Assembly: GCA_004356985.1 (NCBI GenBank)
Contig: SMXQ01000148.1
Coordinates: forward strand, 5,973-69,972
Length of the DNA: 64,000 bases
Source: Alphaproteobacteria bacterium
GTDB lineage: Bacteria > Pseudomonadota > Alphaproteobacteria > SMXQ01
Reading direction: 5' to 3'
Positions within the stretch are counted from its first letter, which is position 1. The number at the start of each line of letters is the position of its first letter. This document shows, in pieces, positions 27,773-37,932 of the stretch. The translations under genes were made by a program, and so were the position numbers. The notes beneath the pieces are model-generated. The model searched no databases, was not told the origin of the DNA, and was given only the letters and a program-made list of their open reading frames with translations.

Positions 27773-29461
27773 GTGATGACACCGCGCGCCTTGCGGCATT
27801 GGGCGATCCTCGCGGTGCTGGCCGGGGGCCTGGGGCTGGCCGCCTGCGGCGAACCGGAGCGCCGCCGCGACACCCTGGTCATCGGCATGACCCAGTACCC
27901 GTCGACCCTCAACCCCAATATCGATTCCATGCTGGCCAAGACCTATGTACTGGCCATGACGCGGCGGCCCTTCACCCACCACGACGCCGACTGGAACCTG
28001 GTCTGCGCTTTGTGCGAGACCTTGCCGACCCTGGAAAACGGGCTCGCGGTGCCGGAGCCGCTGGCCAACGGCAAGCAGGGCGTGGCGGTGACCTACACCA
28101 TCAAACAAGGCGCCACATGGGGCGACGGCACGCCGGTCACCACCAAGGACGTTCTGTTCACCTATGAGGTGGGCAAGCATCCCGCCAGCGGCGTCGCCGA
28201 TGGCGAGCTTTACCGCCGCATCCTCAGGATCGACGTCAAGGACGCGCGCACCTTCACCCTCCATCTCGACCGCCTCACCTTCGATTACAACGCCATCAAT
28301 AATTTCCAGTTGCTGCCCGCCCATATCGAGAGGGCCAATTTCAAGGACCCCAAGGAATACCGCAAGCGCACCGCCTACGATGCCGACAGCACCAACCCCG
28401 GCCTCTATTTCGGGCCCTATCGCATCACCGAAAAGAAAATCGGCTCGCGCATCGTCCTGGAGCGCAACCCCACCTGGTGGGGGAAAAAGCCCTATTTCAA
28501 AAAGATCGTCGTGCGGATCATCGAAAAAACGGCGGCCCTGGAAGCCAACCTCCTGTCGGGATCCATCGACTACATCGCCGGAGAGCTTGGGCTGCTGCTC
28601 GACCAGGGCCTGGCCTTCGAAAAGCGCCACGGCAAGGATTTCAACATCCAGTTCAAGCCGGGCTTGGTGTACGAGCATATCGACCTCAACCTGGAAAACC
28701 CGTTCCTCAAGGACCGGCGGGTCCGCGTCGCCCTGATCACCGCGCTGAACCGCGAAGAGCTGTCTTCGAAGCTCTTCGACGGGCGCCAGCCGGTCGCCGA
28801 TTCCTTCGTCCACCCGCTCGACTGGATTCATGCCAAGGGGACCCCGCGCTATCGTTATGACCCGGCGCGCGCCGATCGGCTTCTCGACGCCGCCGGTTGG
28901 GCCAAGCGCGACGCCGATGGGTTCCGCATCAACGCCAAGGGCCAACGGCTCAGGTTCGAACTGATGACCACGGCGGGCAGCCGCACCCGCGAACTGGTGC
29001 AGCAAATCCTGCAAAGCCAGTGGCGCAAGGCCGGCATCGACATCCGTATCCGCAACGAACCGGCGCGGGTTTATTTCGGCGAGACCGTGACCAAGCGCAA
29101 GTTCAAGGCCATGGCCATGTTCGCCTGGCTGTCGGCGCCCGAAAGCGTGCCGCGCCTGACCCTCCATTCGAGCCAGATCACCACCGCCGCCAATAACTGG
29201 TCGGGGCAAAACTACACCAGTTACAAAAACCCCGAGGTGGACAAGCTGCTGGATGCCATAGAGATCGAATTGGACCGCGCCAAAAGGCGCGTGCTTTGGG
29301 CCCGGCTGCAGATGCTCTACGCCCGGGATCTGCCCGTCCTGCCGCTTTTCTTCCGCGCCGATCCCTTCATCATTCCCAAATGGCTCAAGGGCATCCGGCC
29401 GACCGGGCATCAGGACCCCACCACCTTGTGGGTCGAGCACTGGCGGGCGGAGCAACCCTGA
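27773..29461 (+). CDS. ABC transporter substrate-binding lipoprotein, family 5 (DppA/OppA/NikA-like)
   Basis: 562 aa; lipobox LGLAAC; SBP_bac_5 body. Confidence 0.85.
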   Translation: MMTPRALRHWAILAVLAGGLGLAACGEPERRRDTLVIGMTQYPSTLNPNIDSMLAKTYVLAMTRRPFTHHDADWNLVCALCETLPTLENGLAVPEPLANGKQGVAVTYTIKQGATWGDGTPVTTKDVLFTYEVGKHPASGVADGELYRRILRIDVKDARTFTLHLDRLTFDYNAINNFQLLPAHIERANFKDPKEYRKRTAYDADSTNPGLYFGPYRITEKKIGSRIVLERNPTWWGKKPYFKKIVVRIIEKTAALEANLLSGSIDYIAGELGLLLDQGLAFEKRHGKDFNIQFKPGLVYEHIDLNLENPFLKDRRVRVALITALNREELSSKLFDGRQPVADSFVHPLDWIHAKGTPRYRYDPARADRLLDAAGWAKRDADGFRINAKGQRLRFELMTTAGSRTRELVQQILQSQWRKAGIDIRIRNEPARVYFGETVTKRKFKAMAMFAWLSAPESVPRLTLHSSQITTAANNWSGQNYTSYKNPEVDKLLDAIEIELDRAKRRVLWARLQMLYARDLPVLPLFFRADPFIIPKWLKGIRPTGHQDPTTLWVEHWRAEQP

Positions 29462-29550
29462 TGGCCCGGGGACGGCCAAAAGAACTGCTTGCGGCGGGCG
29501 GGTGGGCCGGTAAGCTGGCGTTCCAGGTTCAAAGAGGATAAGAGCAGGCG

Positions 29551-29766
29551 ATGGAACCAAGGCGACGGCTCAGCGATAAGATCATCGAGGCCCATGGCCA
29601 AGCATGCACGGAAGGCAAACTGGAGGTCGCCCAATGCCTCCTCCAGGCGCTTGAGGTCGACCTCACCGCCTTCGGCGGCGGGGTGAGCGACAAGCGCCAG
29701 AACACCGAAATGCTGGAGGCCGCCTATGGATGCCACCAGGCGGCCAAAGACGCCGCGAAGACCTAG
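29551..29766 (+). CDS. hypothetical 71-aa protein inserted between SBP and ATPase genes
   Basis: GC3-rich codon usage, AGAGGA RBS-like upstream; no family recognised. Confidence 0.35.
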   Translation: MEPRRRLSDKIIEAHGQACTEGKLEVAQCLLQALEVDLTAFGGGVSDKRQNTEMLEAAYGCHQAAKDAAKT

Positions 29767-29868
29767 CGGATCGCCGCCCTGCCGGTGCCCCATCGCCAAT
29801 TGCCAGCCGCCTAGAAAGCACGGGTTCTGCGCCTCTCGGCCGCGGCGTTTCCCCGCGCCCCGCCGATC

Positions 29869-30876
29869 ATGAGCAGCGCAAGCGCAGCCCCCAATAGCGC
29901 CTCCGCGCCGGTTCTCACGGTCCGCGATCTCGAGGTCACTTTTCCCACGCCCCAGGGGCCGCTGCGGGCGGTCGCGGGGATCAGCTATTCCATCGACCCG
30001 GGACGGACCTTGGGGGTGGTCGGCGAATCGGGCTGCGGCAAGTCGGTAAGCGCCCTTGCCGTGCTCGGCCTGGTGCCGCCCCCGGGACGGGTGACCGGCG
30101 GCACCATCTGGCTGGGCGCCCTGGAGGTGACGGCGATGGACGAGGACGCGCTTCCCGCGATCCGCGGCGAACGCGTGTCCATGATCTTCCAGGAACCGAT
30201 GACGGCGCTCAACCCGGTGCTATCGGTGGGCGAGCAGATCGCCGAGGCCTGGACCCTGCACCGCGCGGGCCCGGCGGCGGACGCCCGGGAGGCGGCGCTG
30301 ACCATGCTCGAGCGGGTGCGTATCCCCAACCCCGTCGAGCGCTACGCAAACTACCCGCACCAGATGTCGGGCGGCATGCGGCAGCGGGCGATCATCGCCA
30401 TGGCGCTCGCCTGCGGGCCCGAACTTCTGATCGCCGACGAGCCGACCACGGCGCTGGACGTCACCATCCAGGCCCAGATCATCGAGTTGATGATGGAAAT
30501 GCAGGCCGAGTTCGGCATGGCCATCCAGTTCATCAGCCATAACCTGGGGGTGGTGTCGGAGATCGCCGACGACGTCATGGTCATGTATGGGGGCCATATC
30601 GTCGAGATGGCGACCGCGGAACAGATCTTTTCCAACCCCCGCCATCCCTACACCCGGGCCTTGATGGAAACGGTGCCCCGCCTGGGCGCCCGGGCAAGAC
30701 GCCTGCCGACCATCCCGGGAACCGTGCCCGACATCCTCGATCTCCCGCCGGGCTGCGCTTTCTCGGATCGCTGTCCCTTGGCCGACGAGAATTGCCGGCA
30801 GGCCGCACCCGCCCTGGAAGACCTTGGCGGCGGGCATCTCGCCGCCTGTTTCAAGGCCCCCAAGGACAGCCCATGA
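29869..30876 (+). CDS. ABC transporter ATP-binding protein (DppD/OppD-like)
   Basis: Walker A GESGCGKS, signature LSGGMRQR, Walker [14 protein letters not shown]-terminal oligopeptide ATPase extension. Confidence 0.85.
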   Translation: MSSASAAPNSASAPVLTVRDLEVTFPTPQGPLRAVAGISYSIDPGRTLGVVGESGCGKSVSALAVLGLVPPPGRVTGGTIWLGALEVTAMDEDALPAIRGERVSMIFQEPMTALNPVLSVGEQIAEAWTLHRAGPAADAREAALTMLERVRIPNPVERYANYPHQMSGGMRQRAIIAMALACGPELLIADEPTTALDVTIQAQIIELMMEMQAEFGMAIQFISHNLGVVSEIADDVMVMYGGHIVEMATAEQIFSNPRHPYTRALMETVPRLGARARRLPTIPGTVPDILDLPPGCAFSDRCPLADENCRQAAPALEDLGGGHLAACFKAPKDSP

Positions 30877-31937
30877 GCGCGCCGGAACACCGGGCGACGG
30901 AACCGCTTCTCGAGGTCCGGGATCTGGTCAAGCACTTCACCATCGGCGGCAAGGGGATGTTCGCCCGGGCATCGGGCCGGGTCCAGGCGCTCAACGGGGT
31001 GAGCTTCACTATCGGCCCCGGAGAGACCCTGGCCCTGGTCGGCGAATCGGGCTGCGGCAAGACCACCGCGGCCCGGGTCATCGCCCGGCTGTACCGCCCG
31101 GATTCGGGGGTTGTCCGGTTCAAGGGCATGGATATGGCGACGCTCAAGGGCGGGAAACTCAAATCCGCGCGCCGCGCCCTGCAGATGGTGTTCCAAGACC
31201 CGTACGGCTCGCTCAACCCACGCCTGCCGATCGGCGCCGTCATCGGCGAACCGCTCAAGATTCATGGGGTCGGCAGGGCAGCGGAGCGGCGCCAGCGGGT
31301 CGCCGACGTGATGGTCCAGGTGGGCCTCAACCCGGGCGACGCCGACCGCTACCCGCATCAGTTTTCGGGCGGCCAGCGCCAACGCATCGCCATCGCCCGG
31401 GCCCTGGTGCTGGAGCCCGAATTGATCATCGCCGACGAACCCTTGTCGGCCCTCGACGTCTCGATCCAGAGCCAGATCCTCAATCTCCTGAAGGACATCC
31501 AAGAAGATCGCGGCCTGGCCTTCTTGTTCATCACCCACGACCTCGCCGTGGTCAATTATTTCGCCGACCGGGTGGCGGTCATGTATCTCGGCCATATCGT
31601 CGAGATCGCCCCACGCGCCGCGCTGTTTGCCGCCCCGCGCCATCCCTACAGCCAGGCGCTGATCGACGCCATCCCGGTGCCGGGCGGGGGCAAGCGGCGG
31701 TTGGGCACGGCCACCGCCGGGGACGTTCCCAACCCGACATCGCCGCCCTCGGGATGCCCGTTCCATCCCCGCTGCGCCAGGGCCACCGGGACCTGCCGCG
31801 AGACCATGCCGGCGCTCGTCGATGTGCCGGGCCCTGGGCCGGGCCAGGGGGAGCACAAGGTCGCCTGCCATCATCCCCTGGAGGACGGGCCCCTGGAGGA
31901 CGGCGCCGGCCCGGCGGCGGGAGCGCCCCAACCATGA
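30873..31937 (+). CDS. ABC transporter ATP-binding protein (DppF/OppF-like)
   Basis: GESGCGKTT, FSGGQRQR, IIADEPLSALD; ATGA overlap with previous. Confidence 0.85.
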   Translation: MSAPEHRATEPLLEVRDLVKHFTIGGKGMFARASGRVQALNGVSFTIGPGETLALVGESGCGKTTAARVIARLYRPDSGVVRFKGMDMATLKGGKLKSARRALQMVFQDPYGSLNPRLPIGAVIGEPLKIHGVGRAAERRQRVADVMVQVGLNPGDADRYPHQFSGGQRQRIAIARALVLEPELIIADEPLSALDVSIQSQILNLLKDIQEDRGLAFLFITHDLAVVNYFADRVAVMYLGHIVEIAPRAALFAAPRHPYSQALIDAIPVPGGGKRRLGTATAGDVPNPTSPPSGCPFHPRCARATGTCRETMPALVDVPGPGPGQGEHKVACHHPLEDGPLEDGAGPAAGAPQP

Positions 31938-32908
31938 CCCGCTATGTGATGGGCCGGCTGGTGGAATCGGTGATCGTGCTGGTGATTATGTCCTTCGTGA
32001 TCTATGCCCTGATCGGGCTGATGCCGGGCGACCCCATCGATCTCATGATCCAGTCGGACCCCAGGCTGACCCCGGCCGACGCCGCCCGCCTGCGCGCCGT
32101 CTACGGTCTCGACAAGCCTTTGGTGGAACGCTACCTCCACTGGGCCACGGCGGCCCTTTCCGGGGATTTCGGCCATTCACGGCTCTACGTCCGCCCGGTG
32201 CTCGAAGTGATGCCGGACTTTCTGCTCAACACCTTCAATCTGATGGGCCTCACCTTCGTGATCTCGATCGTCATCGCCGTGCCCGTGGGGGTTTATGCGG
32301 CGTTGCGCCAGCATTCGGCGGGGGACTACGCCATCAACCTGGCCTGCTTCGCCGGCATCTCGGTTCCCATCTTCTGGCTAGCGCTGATGCTGATCATCCT
32401 CTTTGCGGTGCTGATACCGGTGCTGCCGGCCTCGGGCGTGTCGTCGATCGGCGGCGGCGGCTTCCTCGACCACGCGCGACACCTGGTGCTGCCGGTGGTC
32501 ACCTTGACGATCTTTTCCGTCGGCTCCTACACCCGCTTCATGCGTGCCTCGACCATCGAAGTGATGCGCCAGGATTACATCCGCACCGCCTTCGCCAAGG
32601 GCGCCAGCCGTAATCGGGTGGTGGTGCGCCACGCCCTCAGGAACGCGCTCCTTCCCGTGGTGACGATCATCGCGTTGTCCTTCGGCACGCTGTTTTCCGG
32701 GGCCTTGATCACCGAAACCATGTTCGCCTACCCCGGCATGGGCAAGCTGATCTACGATTCTATCATGGGCAACGATTTCAACATGGCCCTGGTGGCGTTG
32801 CTGTTCGCCACCCTTGTGACCCTGCTCGCCAACCTCGCCGCCGATATCGCCTATGCCTGGCTCGACCCCCGAATTTCCTACAAAAGCGGCGGAGGGTCGC
32901 CCCGATGA
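31934..32908 (+). CDS. ABC transporter permease (DppB/OppB-like)
   Basis: 325 aa, 6 TM, EAA-like loop; ATGA overlap. Confidence 0.85.
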   Translation: MTRYVMGRLVESVIVLVIMSFVIYALIGLMPGDPIDLMIQSDPRLTPADAARLRAVYGLDKPLVERYLHWATAALSGDFGHSRLYVRPVLEVMPDFLLNTFNLMGLTFVISIVIAVPVGVYAALRQHSAGDYAINLACFAGISVPIFWLALMLIILFAVLIPVLPASGVSSIGGGGFLDHARHLVLPVVTLTIFSVGSYTRFMRASTIEVMRQDYIRTAFAKGASRNRVVVRHALRNALLPVVTIIALSFGTLFSGALITETMFAYPGMGKLIYDSIMGNDFNMALVALLFATLVTLLANLAADIAYAWLDPRISYKSGGGSPR

Positions 32909-33843
32909 ACGCCGCCCACCACGCCATGACCAGGACGGGCGGCGCGGCGCGGGGCGTGTGGTCGCTGTTTTTCCACCGCCTTGGCGCCCATCGCCTGGCG
33001 GTCGGCTCGGCGGTGTTCCTGGCGGTTCTCGGGGTTTTGGCCTTCGCCACCCCCGCCATCGAGGCGGTTCTCGGCGTCGATGCCAATCTTGTCGATCTCT
33101 CCCAGCGCTTCCAGGGGCCGTCGCGCGCGCATCTCCTGGGCACCGACGAGTTGGGCCGGGACCTGGCTGCCCGCCTGCTTTACGGCGGCCAGGTGTCGTT
33201 GTTCGTCGGCCTGGTCGCGGCCCTGGCCTCGGCGGTGACCGGCACCGTGATCGGCTTGCTCGCGGGCTATTACGGGGGCAAGCTGGATGCGCTTCTGATG
33301 CGTCTCACCGATGGCGTCATCGCGCTGCCGCTGTTGCCGCTGCTGATCGTGCTGGCGGCGCTCGACCTCGAAAAACTGGGGCTGCCCGAAAGCGTGGTCC
33401 AGGATCCCAATATCAGCCTCTATCGCATCATCGTCATCATTTCCCTGGTGGGCTGGACCACGGTGGCGCGCCTGGTGCGGGCGGCGGCGTTGAGCGTGCG
33501 CGAAATGGATTACGTGCTCGCCGCCACCGCCGCCGGCGCCGGCGGGCCGCGCATCATGGCGGTGCATATCCTGCCCAACGTGATCTCGCCGATCATCGTC
33601 GCCTCCACCTTGTCGGTGGGCAACGTGATCCTTTTGGAATCGGTTCTGAGCTTCCTGGGCCTTGGCATCCAGCCGCCCATCGCCAGCTGGGGCAACATGC
33701 TGACCGGCGCCCAGGAGCTGATCTGGTCGAGCCCGGAACTGGCGTTCTATCCCGGCATGCTGATCTTCGTGACGGTGATCGCCTTCAATTTCCTCGGCGA
33801 CGGCCTTCAGGACGCCATGGACCCGCGCGCCATGGAAGGATAG
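32905..33843 (+). CDS. ABC transporter permease (DppC/OppC-like)
   Basis: 312 aa, BPD_transp_1 pattern; ATGA overlap. Confidence 0.85.
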   Translation: MNAAHHAMTRTGGAARGVWSLFFHRLGAHRLAVGSAVFLAVLGVLAFATPAIEAVLGVDANLVDLSQRFQGPSRAHLLGTDELGRDLAARLLYGGQVSLFVGLVAALASAVTGTVIGLLAGYYGGKLDALLMRLTDGVIALPLLPLLIVLAALDLEKLGLPESVVQDPNISLYRIIVIISLVGWTTVARLVRAAALSVREMDYVLAATAAGAGGPRIMAVHILPNVISPIIVASTLSVGNVILLESVLSFLGLGIQPPIASWGNMLTGAQELIWSSPELAFYPGMLIFVTVIAFNFLGDGLQDAMDPRAMEG

Positions 33844-33855
33844 CCGGAGCGTGCC

Positions 33856-34692
33856 CTAGCGGGACATGAAGACCGGCACCGTCATATTCGCCAGGATGTG
33901 CCGGGTGGTGCCGCCGAACACCAGCTCCCTCAAGCGGAAGCTGCCATAGGAGCCGATCACCATCATGTCGGCATTGAAGGCCTGGCATTGGGCGATCAAT
34001 TCGTCGCCCACCGTCTTGCGGTCGGCAGTCACCTCCACCACCTCGCCCTTGACGCCGTGGCGCGCGAGATGGGTGGCGATATCGGCGCCGGGCAACTCGC
34101 CGTGGCCCATGACCCCCTTCTTCGGATTGATCACCATGATGCGGACCTCGTCGGCGTCGGCCAGGATGGACAGGGCGTCGTTGGTGGCCCGTGCCGCCGC
34201 CCGGCTTGCGTTCCAGGCAAGAAGCACCCGGCGCGCGACGGTGTCCGGCGGGTCTTCATAGGGAACGACGATGGCCGGCCGGCCGACGTCGACGACCACA
34301 TGGTCGGGAAGCTCGGGCGCGGCGCCGGCGTCGAGCCGGCCCGGAATACGCTGGCCCAACACCGTCAGGTCGGCATAGCGCGCATGGAGCACGACCATTT
34401 CCGGCACCGCCCCCTCGACCTGGCGCCATTCGGCGGCGATGCCCGCGCGGGCGACCTTCTCATCGAACAGGCGTTTGGCTTCCTCGGCCGATTCGCGCAT
34501 GAAGCGGTCATGGGCCTCGATCAGCTCGGGGCCGAGGTCGGCCTCGGTATATTGGTGAATGGGCGCCACCGCCACCACGTAGATGGCGGCGAGATGGGCA
34601 TCATGGGTCTGGGCGAGACGGATGGCGTAGTCGAGCCGTCCCGCCGCAGAAGGCGAAGAATCGATGTGGACGAGGATGTCTTTCAGTGTCAT
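33856..34692 (-). CDS. universal stress protein, tandem UspA domains
   Basis: 278 aa from MTLKDILVHIDSS; two Usp domains (…LVGSYGSFRLRELVFGGTTRHIL). Confidence 0.75.
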   Translation of the reverse strand: MTLKDILVHIDSSPSAAGRLDYAIRLAQTHDAHLAAIYVVAVAPIHQYTEADLGPELIEAHDRFMRESAEEAKRLFDEKVARAGIAAEWRQVEGAVPEMVVLHARYADLTVLGQRIPGRLDAGAAPELPDHVVVDVGRPAIVVPYEDPPDTVARRVLLAWNASRAAARATNDALSILADADEVRIMVINPKKGVMGHGELPGADIATHLARHGVKGEVVEVTADRKTVGDELIAQCQAFNADMMVIGSYGSFRLRELVFGGTTRHILANMTVPVFMSR

Positions 34693-34752
34693 GACCCGAA
34701 CCTTATTTATTCTTGCGGTTGCCGCGAATGCGTTGTCCTCAGGGTTTCCTCT

Positions 34753-34824
34753 CCATCGCCCCCGAAGGGAGCATGCCCGTAGTCCCCGAAGGGAGCATGC
34801 CCATCGCCCCCGCAAGGTGCATGA
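34753..34824. repeat. 3x ~24-nt tandem repeat (CCATCGCCCCCGAAGGGAGCATGCC …; third copy degenerate) in usp/manC divergent intergenic region
   Basis: Direct reading; exact 19-nt core CCCCGAAGGGAGCATGCCC at 34760-34778 and 34784-34802. Confidence 0.7.
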
Positions 34825-34903
34825 TTTGGTGAAGCATAAGCCCAAGCACGGCATCAAGGCCAGCACCAGTTGCGGCCCACCCTTGTCGGGGCCGAGGTTT
34901 TAG

Positions 34904-34917
34904 GCTAGTGCACTAGC
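34904..34917. promoter_or_regulatory. perfect 14-bp palindrome GCTAGTGCACTAGC 29 nt upstream of manC start (candidate operator)
   Basis: Self-complementary by inspection. Confidence 0.4.
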
Positions 34918-34945
34918 TTGGCGTAAATCGATCGAAGGGGTTGCC

Positions 34946-36382
34946 ATGGCGGCGGACGGCGGCGCACCAACCATCTGGCCCGTTCTCATGGCGGGCGGCA
35001 CCGGAACCCGGCTCTGGCCCGCCTCCCGGGAGTTGTTCCCCAAGCAGTTCATGGCGCTCACCGGAGACGCCACCATGCTGGAGGATACCGCGCGGCGGCT
35101 CTCCGGCCCGCTGTTCGGGCCGCCGGTGGTGCTCTGCAATGACGAACACCGGTTCATCGCCGCCGAGCAGCTCCGTGCCGCCGCCATCGAACCGGCGGCC
35201 ATCATCTTAGAGCCGGTCGGCCGGAATACCGCGCCGGCGGCGGCGGTGGCGGCTCTCTACCTGGTGCAACGGGATGCCGAGGCGGTCATGCTGCTGGCCC
35301 CCGCCGATCACGTGATCGCCGATGGGCCGGGTTTGATCAAGGGGATCGGGATGGCGCTTCCCGCCGCCCTGGGCGGCTCCCTGGTCACCTTCGGAATACC
35401 TCCGGACCGGGCCGAGACCGGTTACGGCTATATCGAGCGAGACCAGCACGTGATGGTCACCGAAGACGTATCCGCGGTGGCGAGGTTCACCGAAAAACCC
35501 GATGCGGACAAGGCGCGCGAATTCCTGGCGTCAGGCCATCATTATTGGAACAGCGGGATTTTCCTGATGCGCGCCGCCACCTATCTTGCGGAATTGGAAC
35601 GCTTCGCGCCGGACATCCCCGCCGCCGCGAGAAGCGCGCTGGAAAATGCCCATGCCGACCTTGATTTCCTGCGCCTCGACCGCGCCGGTTTCGAGGCGGC
35701 GCCCAATATCTCCATCGATTACGCGGTGATGGAGCCCACCGACAAGGGCGCCGTGGTGCCCTTGGATATCGGCTGGTCGGATGTCGGCTCCTGGGCGGCG
35801 CTGTGGGAGTTGGGCGACAAGGACGACACCGGCAACGTGTTGCACGGCGATGTCGAGGCCCTTCGGGTCAGCGATTGCTATCTTCGGTCCGACAAGGGGC
35901 TGCTGGCCGTGGTGGGGCTCGACGACATGGTCGTGGTGGTCACCGACGACACCGTGCTGGTGACCCGAAAGAACGCATCCCAGGAGGTCAAGACCCTGGT
36001 CGAACGGCTGCGGGACGCGGGCCGCAGCGAGCCGGTGACCCACACCACCACCTATCGGCCCTGGGGCAGTTTCCGTAATATCGATGCCGGGGCGGGCTTT
36101 CAGGTCAAACGCATCACGGTCAAGCCCGGCGGGTGCCTCAGCCTGCAAAAGCACGCCCGGCGCGCCGAACACTGGGTGGTGGTGGTGGGAACGGCCACCG
36201 TCACCCGGGGCGAGGAAGTGGTCGAGCTTCACGCCAACCAATCCACCACTATCCCCATCGGCATGGCCCATCGGCTGGAAAACCGCACCCAAGAAGACCT
36301 GCACCTGATCGAGGTGCAGTCGGGCGACTACCTGGGCGAGGACGACATCGAGCGCATCGAGGACATCTATGGCCGATCCTGA
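34946..36382 (+). CDS. manC: mannose-1-phosphate guanylyltransferase / mannose-6-phosphate isomerase (bifunctional ManC/XanB family)
   Basis: 478 aa; N-terminal nucleotidyltransferase (LMAGGTGTRLWP) and C-terminal cupin PMI domain. Confidence 0.85.
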   Translation: MAADGGAPTIWPVLMAGGTGTRLWPASRELFPKQFMALTGDATMLEDTARRLSGPLFGPPVVLCNDEHRFIAAEQLRAAAIEPAAIILEPVGRNTAPAAAVAALYLVQRDAEAVMLLAPADHVIADGPGLIKGIGMALPAALGGSLVTFGIPPDRAETGYGYIERDQHVMVTEDVSAVARFTEKPDADKAREFLASGHHYWNSGIFLMRAATYLAELERFAPDIPAAARSALENAHADLDFLRLDRAGFEAAPNISIDYAVMEPTDKGAVVPLDIGWSDVGSWAALWELGDKDDTGNVLHGDVEALRVSDCYLRSDKGLLAVVGLDDMVVVVTDDTVLVTRKNASQEVKTLVERLRDAGRSEPVTHTTTYRPWGSFRNIDAGAGFQVKRITVKPGGCLSLQKHARRAEHWVVVVGTATVTRGEEVVELHANQSTTIPIGMAHRLENRTQEDLHLIEVQSGDYLGEDDIERIEDIYGRS

Positions 36383-37784
36383 TCCCGGCGCCGGCGGAGC
36401 GCCCAATAGCCTTGGCGCGCGGGACCGCGCCACCTTGTTGCACCCCTACACCGATCTCCGCGCCCATGAGCGCGCCGAACCCCTGGTGATCACCCGGGGC
36501 GAGGGGGTCTATGTCTTCGACGACCAGGGCCAGGGTTACCTCGAAGCCATGGCGGGGCTGTGGTGCGCCAGCCTGGGATTTTCCGAGCACCGGCTAGCCG
36601 CCGCGGCCGAGCGCCAATTCGCCACCCTGCCCTTCTATCATCTGTTTACCGGGAAATCCCATCCCCCGGCCATCGAGCTCGCCGAGCGCCTGCTCGACAT
36701 GGCGCCGGCACCCTTCGCCCGGGTGTTCTTCGCGAATTCCGGGTCCGAGGCGGTCGACAGCGCCATCAAGCTCACCTGGTACGCCAACAATGCCCTGGGC
36801 CGGCCCCATAAGAAGAAGATCATCGCCCGAAAGCGCGCCTATCACGGGGTGACCATCGCCGCGGCGTCGCTCACCCATCTGCCGGTCAATCAGGTCGGCT
36901 TCGACCTGCCCCTTGGCCCCATGCTGGCCACCGATTGCCCGCATTTCTACCGCGAGGGCAAACCGGGAGAGAGCGAAGAGGACTTTGCCCAACGCCTGGC
37001 CGACTCTCTCGATAAGCTGATCGAGGCGGAAGGACCGGACACCGTCGCCGCCTTCATCGCCGAACCGGTGATGGGCGCGGGCGGTGTCATCGTCCCGCCG
37101 GCGGGCTATTTCGACCGCATCCAGCCGGTGCTGAAGAAGCACGGCGTCTGGCTCATCGCCGATGAGGTGATCTGCGGCTTCGGGCGCACGGGCAAGATGT
37201 TCGGCTGCGAGACGTTTGCCATCAAGCCCGACATGATGGTGCTGGCCAAGGCGCTGTCGGCCGGCTATGCGCCGATCTCGGCATTGTTGATCAGCGCCGA
37301 GATTTACGACGCCATCGCCGATCAAAGCGCCCAGGTGGGAAGCTTCGGCCACGGCTTCACCACTTCGGCCCACCCCATATGCACGGCGGTGGCGCTGGAG
37401 ACGCTGAGGATTTACCAGGAGCGCGATATCCTGGCGCGGGTGCGGGAAACGGCGCCTCTCCTGCAAGCGGGCCTGCGCACCTTCGCCGATCACCCACTGG
37501 TCGGCGAGGTGCGCGGAATCGGCCTCATCGGCGCCGTGGAGTTAGTCGCCGACAAGGCCAGCCGCGCGCCTTTCGAGCCAACCGGCCGAATGGGGCCGGC
37601 GCTCGCCCGGGCGGCACAGGACCAAGGGTTGATGGTTCGCGCCATGGGGGATTCGATCGCCTTTTCGCCGCCGCTGACCATCACCGGGCGCGAGGTGCAA
37701 GAGCTTCTCGACCGGTTCGAGCGCGCGCTCAAGGCAATCTCGCGGCAATCTCATGGCCTGGGGGCGGCACCGCCCGCGCAGTAG
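36369..37784 (+). CDS. class III (omega-) aminotransferase, PLP-dependent
   Basis: 471 aa; FANSGSEAVDSAIKL…, PLP Lys region DEVICGFGRTGKMFG; overlaps manC by 14 nt. Confidence 0.8.
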   Translation: MADPDPGAGGAPNSLGARDRATLLHPYTDLRAHERAEPLVITRGEGVYVFDDQGQGYLEAMAGLWCASLGFSEHRLAAAAERQFATLPFYHLFTGKSHPPAIELAERLLDMAPAPFARVFFANSGSEAVDSAIKLTWYANNALGRPHKKKIIARKRAYHGVTIAAASLTHLPVNQVGFDLPLGPMLATDCPHFYREGKPGESEEDFAQRLADSLDKLIEAEGPDTVAAFIAEPVMGAGGVIVPPAGYFDRIQPVLKKHGVWLIADEVICGFGRTGKMFGCETFAIKPDMMVLAKALSAGYAPISALLISAEIYDAIADQSAQVGSFGHGFTTSAHPICTAVALETLRIYQERDILARVRETAPLLQAGLRTFADHPLVGEVRGIGLIGAVELVADKASRAPFEPTGRMGPALARAAQDQGLMVRAMGDSIAFSPPLTITGREVQELLDRFERALKAISRQSHGLGAAPPAQ

Positions 37785-37932
37785 GCCGATCAAGGGGTTG
37801 CGCCCGGAATTCAGCAATTGTTAAGCATAAGATGGGAGCATCGGACGATGGCGCGGTGTCACTAGCGAATCGCCGCCGCCTTATGTTAGTGTTCCCAACT
37901 TGATCGGGACCCATCGCCCCGTGGGAGCACCA

